64,000 nucleotides of DNA from Amphiscolops sp. MND2022 (lineage: Eukaryota): the NCBI GenBank assembly GCA_964187785.1, contig OZ076410.1:77934001-77998000 (forward strand), written 5' to 3'. Position 1 is the stretch's first letter. Each line of letters starts with the position of its first letter. The notes under the pieces were generated by a model that was not told the origin of the DNA, did no database searches, and saw only the letters and a list, made by a program, of their open reading frames with translations. Below, piece by piece: positions 60,284 through 64,000 of the stretch. The position numbers were made by a program, and so were the translations under genes.

Positions 60284-60588
60284 CTTTAACGCGCCCTCAC
60301 TTACAATTTTCTTAATCATACTGATCAAGGGGTGCGGTATGTTGAATGTCATTTGAACTAAATTGAATCTAAAAAAAACTTGTTCATGCATCTCAAAGTT
60401 GCTAAGTCTCAAATAATTTGTTCTGAACTACTCTGCCGCCGTTTTAATGTTTGTTCACAATTTGGTCTGAATTAATCTTTGAAACACGTTCTAGTTGAAG
60501 TTTGACTTCCACCCAAGCTTTGAGCTATCTAGCTATAGCACAAGTTAACAATTTAGCAGAGCTGTCTCGCCACAGCATACTACAAACA

Positions 60589-61516
60589 GGGGGAAACGGA
60601 AATCGGACTAAAGAAATAGAACTAATGGAATTAGAACTAACATGCTCAAAATTTCTGAAACGTTCATGTGAAGTAGAACTAATTTCGTAGTTTTTCAAAC
60701 AGGAATTAGAACTAATTTGTTACCGGAATTGGAACTAAAAACAGGAATGAGAACTAATTCGTTACGGGAATTGGAACTAAAAAATTGAAATAAGACCTTA
60801 AATGCGGAATGAGACCCAAGGGGAGAACGGAATAGTATCTAAAGGAATAATATATAAAGTTTTTCAAAGTATAAAACGTGCCTCTGATATTTCCCCATTT
60901 CCTCTAGTGCACCGCTGCCACTTGGGACCGCTTATGTTCCCATCTTGCTAAGCGAGGTCGAACAGGAGCAAAGACCTAGCAGGAACGGAGGTCGCGAAGC
61001 GATCGTAGTGGGAGCTGGTCTTTGCGACGGTGAGGGCGAGCGTGCATACACCGAATATGCCCCACAGAAGGGGAAAGTACTGAAAATTTTGTTAGACATT
61101 TACGAAAGGTAAACGTTTGTTCTTGAATGAAATGATTCGAGATACGACTATTTTATAAATTGAATGGGAGAAAAAAAATGATTGTGTCAATTTTATGTTG
61201 ATCAATTGTATTACGTTACGTTTGTACTACTTTCATGTTCCACGTTTCCAATTTGCATTTTGTACCATGTTTTTATCAACTTCTGCGGTTTTTTGTTGTA
61301 CTACTTTCATGTTCGATGTTCTCAACTGAACATGTCGTGATTTTGTCAATTTGATTTGCGTAATTGCAACTTTTGCGTGCCAAAAGTTGCTTTAGTCCTA
61401 TTTCAATAGTCCTATCTCCATTAGTTCTAACTAAAAAATAATTAGTTCTATTTCCATTAGTCCTATTTCAGTTTTGATCATTAGTCCTATTTCATTAGTC
61501 CGAATTCCTGTCTGCC
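60589..61516. mobile_element. Foldback element with GGAATTAGAACTAA-type arms; its left tip is split by the BEL insertion
   Basis: Inverted arrays at 60600-60800 and 61395-61510. The core matches 24660-24840 in reverse. Degenerate 9-bp flanks GTTTAACTG (54122) and TTTTAATTG (61517). Confidence 0.8.
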
Positions 61517-62181
61517 TTTTAATTGCTCTTCTGAAAAATTAATTAACTGCAATTAATTGCAATTGATTGTATCTCTACTCTATTAAGTAACAACAAAAAA
61601 TAAATAACAATAATGAATTCAAGCAATAATTGATGCAAGAATTTGTTCGTGCAAAATCTGGATTTATCTTCAGGAAAGGTTGCATCTCCAAATTCATTCT
61701 CACTATTTGGCACAATGCAATCTGAAAAGCTCACACTATTTGTTTACTATGTATTCACAAATAGTGAGAAATCAAACACGCCAAATGACAAAATGACAAA
61801 TCATTGAATAAACAAAAGTCATTGAAGTCAATATAGTTCATTGATGAAGTTTCATTGACAGGGTGGATTGAGTTGAGCCTCTAAGATTTCACTGTCTTAA
61901 GATTGGTCTTGAATAATCTTATCTTTTTGTTGATTAGATAAACCTCGTCGTTATCTCATTAAGTGTCTTCTCTGATGCACACAATGACTGCGTGATGCTT
62001 GGTATTCGTCAAAAGTTTGACTCCAACTCAGAAAAAAAGAGCTTGAAGGCCTTGGTTGTTGTGGATGTAGGCGTAAAATTGTAATTGTCAACAGAAATAT
62101 AAACTAAAAAAATGCCCTCATGACTTCAATTCCTAGCGGTTACATTACCACTATGCAAATCTAATACGATTCTTTCTTCAG

Positions 62182-62681
62182 CTAACTTCATATTGACGTG
62201 CTTGACCTATGATCGACTTTGGGCAATTGAAAAACCGCTGGATTACAGACAGAGAGGGAAACCACGCGTTGCCCGCCGTACAGTTTTGCCTGCGCTGCTG
62301 GTCGCTCTCGTTCTCGCTTCACCTGTGATTTCACTCACGGAGCAGACAGAAGGAGGATGCAATGCTGGCAGCCCTGACATTGGTGGCACAGACCTCCCTC
62401 CAGTCTTTGGCAAAGTGTACGCAAGAGGCATCATACCTTTACTACGTGGTGTTCCTTTTATCCTCATTCTCTTCTGGAGTTTCCGTATTGCACGAAGTCT
62501 GAGAAACCCGCAAGGTCAATTTGGAGTACCCGAGAGGGAAGCGGCTAGGGCACTCGTGATGGTTTGCGCATGTTTTCTTCTTTCGCAACTGGCGTTTGTT
62601 GGATCAGTCATAAACTACCTATCATTCAATGGACCCACTGTCTACAATAAAAAAATGGCATCCATTTGTCTCCTGCTTATT
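62182..62681 (+). CDS. Exon of a rhodopsin-family GPCR (TM3-TM7)
   Basis: Acceptor TTTCTTCAG; LTCLTYDRLWAIEKPLDY (DRY-like); TM4 P, TM5 LILFW..I, TM6 AARALVMVCACFLLS; candidate GTTAGT donor at 62682. Confidence 0.8.
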
Positions 62682-63743
62682 GTTAGTGTTGTTTGTAGCT
62701 TCTAAAGGATACTGATCAAAACTTGATATATGGTAAAAATATCTCAAACACAGCTCGATTTAATGCTGATTGTCTTGACAGTGATTGATTTTATAGTCCT
62801 ATGAAAATCACCGTAGTCTATTGCAGGAACCGATATTTTTTGAGTCTGAAGACAAATGAGTCTAAAAAACTAGGGCATCAAATCATCATAACAGGGTGAC
62901 CAACTTCAAATTTTCACTCAGTTCATTTTGAAAACTTTTTTCTTGGAAATAGAATAACGACAGTTTCGAAGTTTGAAATCAAACAACATAGTTTGACTCT
63001 TTTTCTGCTTTCTTAATGTGTCTTTGAATCTTCAAAGACTCCTTCCGAACGAACCAAAGCTTTTTGATTCCTATTCACATCTTGTGCTTTGAGTGAAACA
63101 CTTTGAGCGTTGGCTCAATTACTGTTTGAACACACTATTATGCTTTCAGTATTACCCCCATGTTGAGACTGCTGGAACTTTTTACAAGCTGCTTTCATGC
63201 ATGCAAGGATAATATTTTTTCCAAAACTTGGAGCTTTCCGGGAACCTGATTGGAAACATTTTGTAGGAGTACAATGCAGCGTCCACTATTTCAACCAAAA
63301 CTAAAAAAGTTGCGACCTTTTCACAGCATCGATCATTTTAATTTCACACTTCAGTTTCTCAAGTACGCTACTTACGTAATCACCGTTAGTCAAATTGCAC
63401 GTTTATCGAGACACTACTTTGAAGTTTAAAAAGAAAGTTTCCATGAAAATTCAGAAAAATCATAATGAAGTTCAATTCATTCCAACAAGGGTACACTCTA
63501 CTTGCTACTTAGCGTCAGCAGAAGTCATTTTCTGCAATACCAACAGTTTGAGCTCATTTCGTGGAAAATGACGAAAACGAAGTTTGGAACAGTAGTGTTG
63601 CGCCAAGATGATTAACCTTTTGTGGAAAAAAAACGTCAGCGGTCACTTGGAATTGTCAAACCATTACAGTGACTTTTTGTGGGCCTGCAGACCTCACAGT
63701 AAATTTTTTTTTGTTATTTTTTAAAAAATACATTTTTCACGCA

Positions 63744-63805
63744 GCCACTTGGCCTAATGGTTTAGATGCGCGATTCACCAGCAGGAAGTCGGGGGTTCGA
63801 AAAAC
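63744..63805 (+). other. tRNA-derived Pol III promoter remnant (SINE head or tRNA pseudogene)
   Basis: A-box TGGCCTAATGG and B-box GGTTCGAAA at tRNA-like spacing; no acceptor stem. Confidence 0.45.
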
Positions 63806-64000
63806 AAGGAAAGTATTTTTCAAGTTTGTATATATTGGCGGAATCCCTTTTCGGGTTTTTTGGCGCCCACTTGAGACGTTTTTACCTTCTTTCTATTCAT
63901 GACAGCCATCAATGCGATAAAAACACCAAAGGTGGTCGATTATGCCAGTTGGCCTAGCAATTACATCACCTGTTTCAAAGCAGGAGGACGGTTTCAAGGA

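Larger units (their letters stand above)
54135..60588 (+). mobile_element. Full-length BEL/Pao LTR retrotransposon with GGGGG TSD
   Basis: LTRs 54135-54384 and 60340-60588 differ by 1 substitution and 1 homopolymer indel. PBS TGGTGACCC at 54387; PPT AAGGGGTGCGGTA; gag-pro-RT-RH-IN order. Confidence 0.97.

Overview
Animal (invertebrate-type) genomic scaffold, AT-rich, with GT-AG introns and a 200-N gap at 53642-53841. Almost all of it is nested transposable-element DNA. From left to right: (1) a decayed env-bearing Ty3/Gypsy element with extra ORFs (1-9610); (2) one exon of a host FkbM-like methyltransferase; (3) an intact 3-exon PR-Set7-like SET-domain gene (16779-19209, -) between inverted copies of a structured non-coding repeat; (4) two back-to-back long palindromes (22380-22719); (5) an intact 7-exon hAT-transposase-derived gene that appears to lack catalytic residues (23900-28993, +), with a pseudogenised paralog (41205-47406, -); (6) a Transib/Chapaev/RAG1-like DDE transposase fused to a BRCT domain, head-to-head with a Tudor/chromo-barrel ORF, both inside a candidate 16.6-kb unit bounded by ~175-bp inverted repeats (33747-50328); (7) several Gypsy LTRs that encode the Gag N-terminus; (8) three foldback elements and several MITEs; (9) a complete BEL/Pao element (54135-60588) with an extra SGNH-hydrolase-like ORF; (10) a GPCR exon. 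All family assignments come from motif recognition by eye and exon models from manual splice-site and phase checks; no searches were run. The best candidate for an undescribed system is the RAG1-like-BRCT plus Tudor TIR element.
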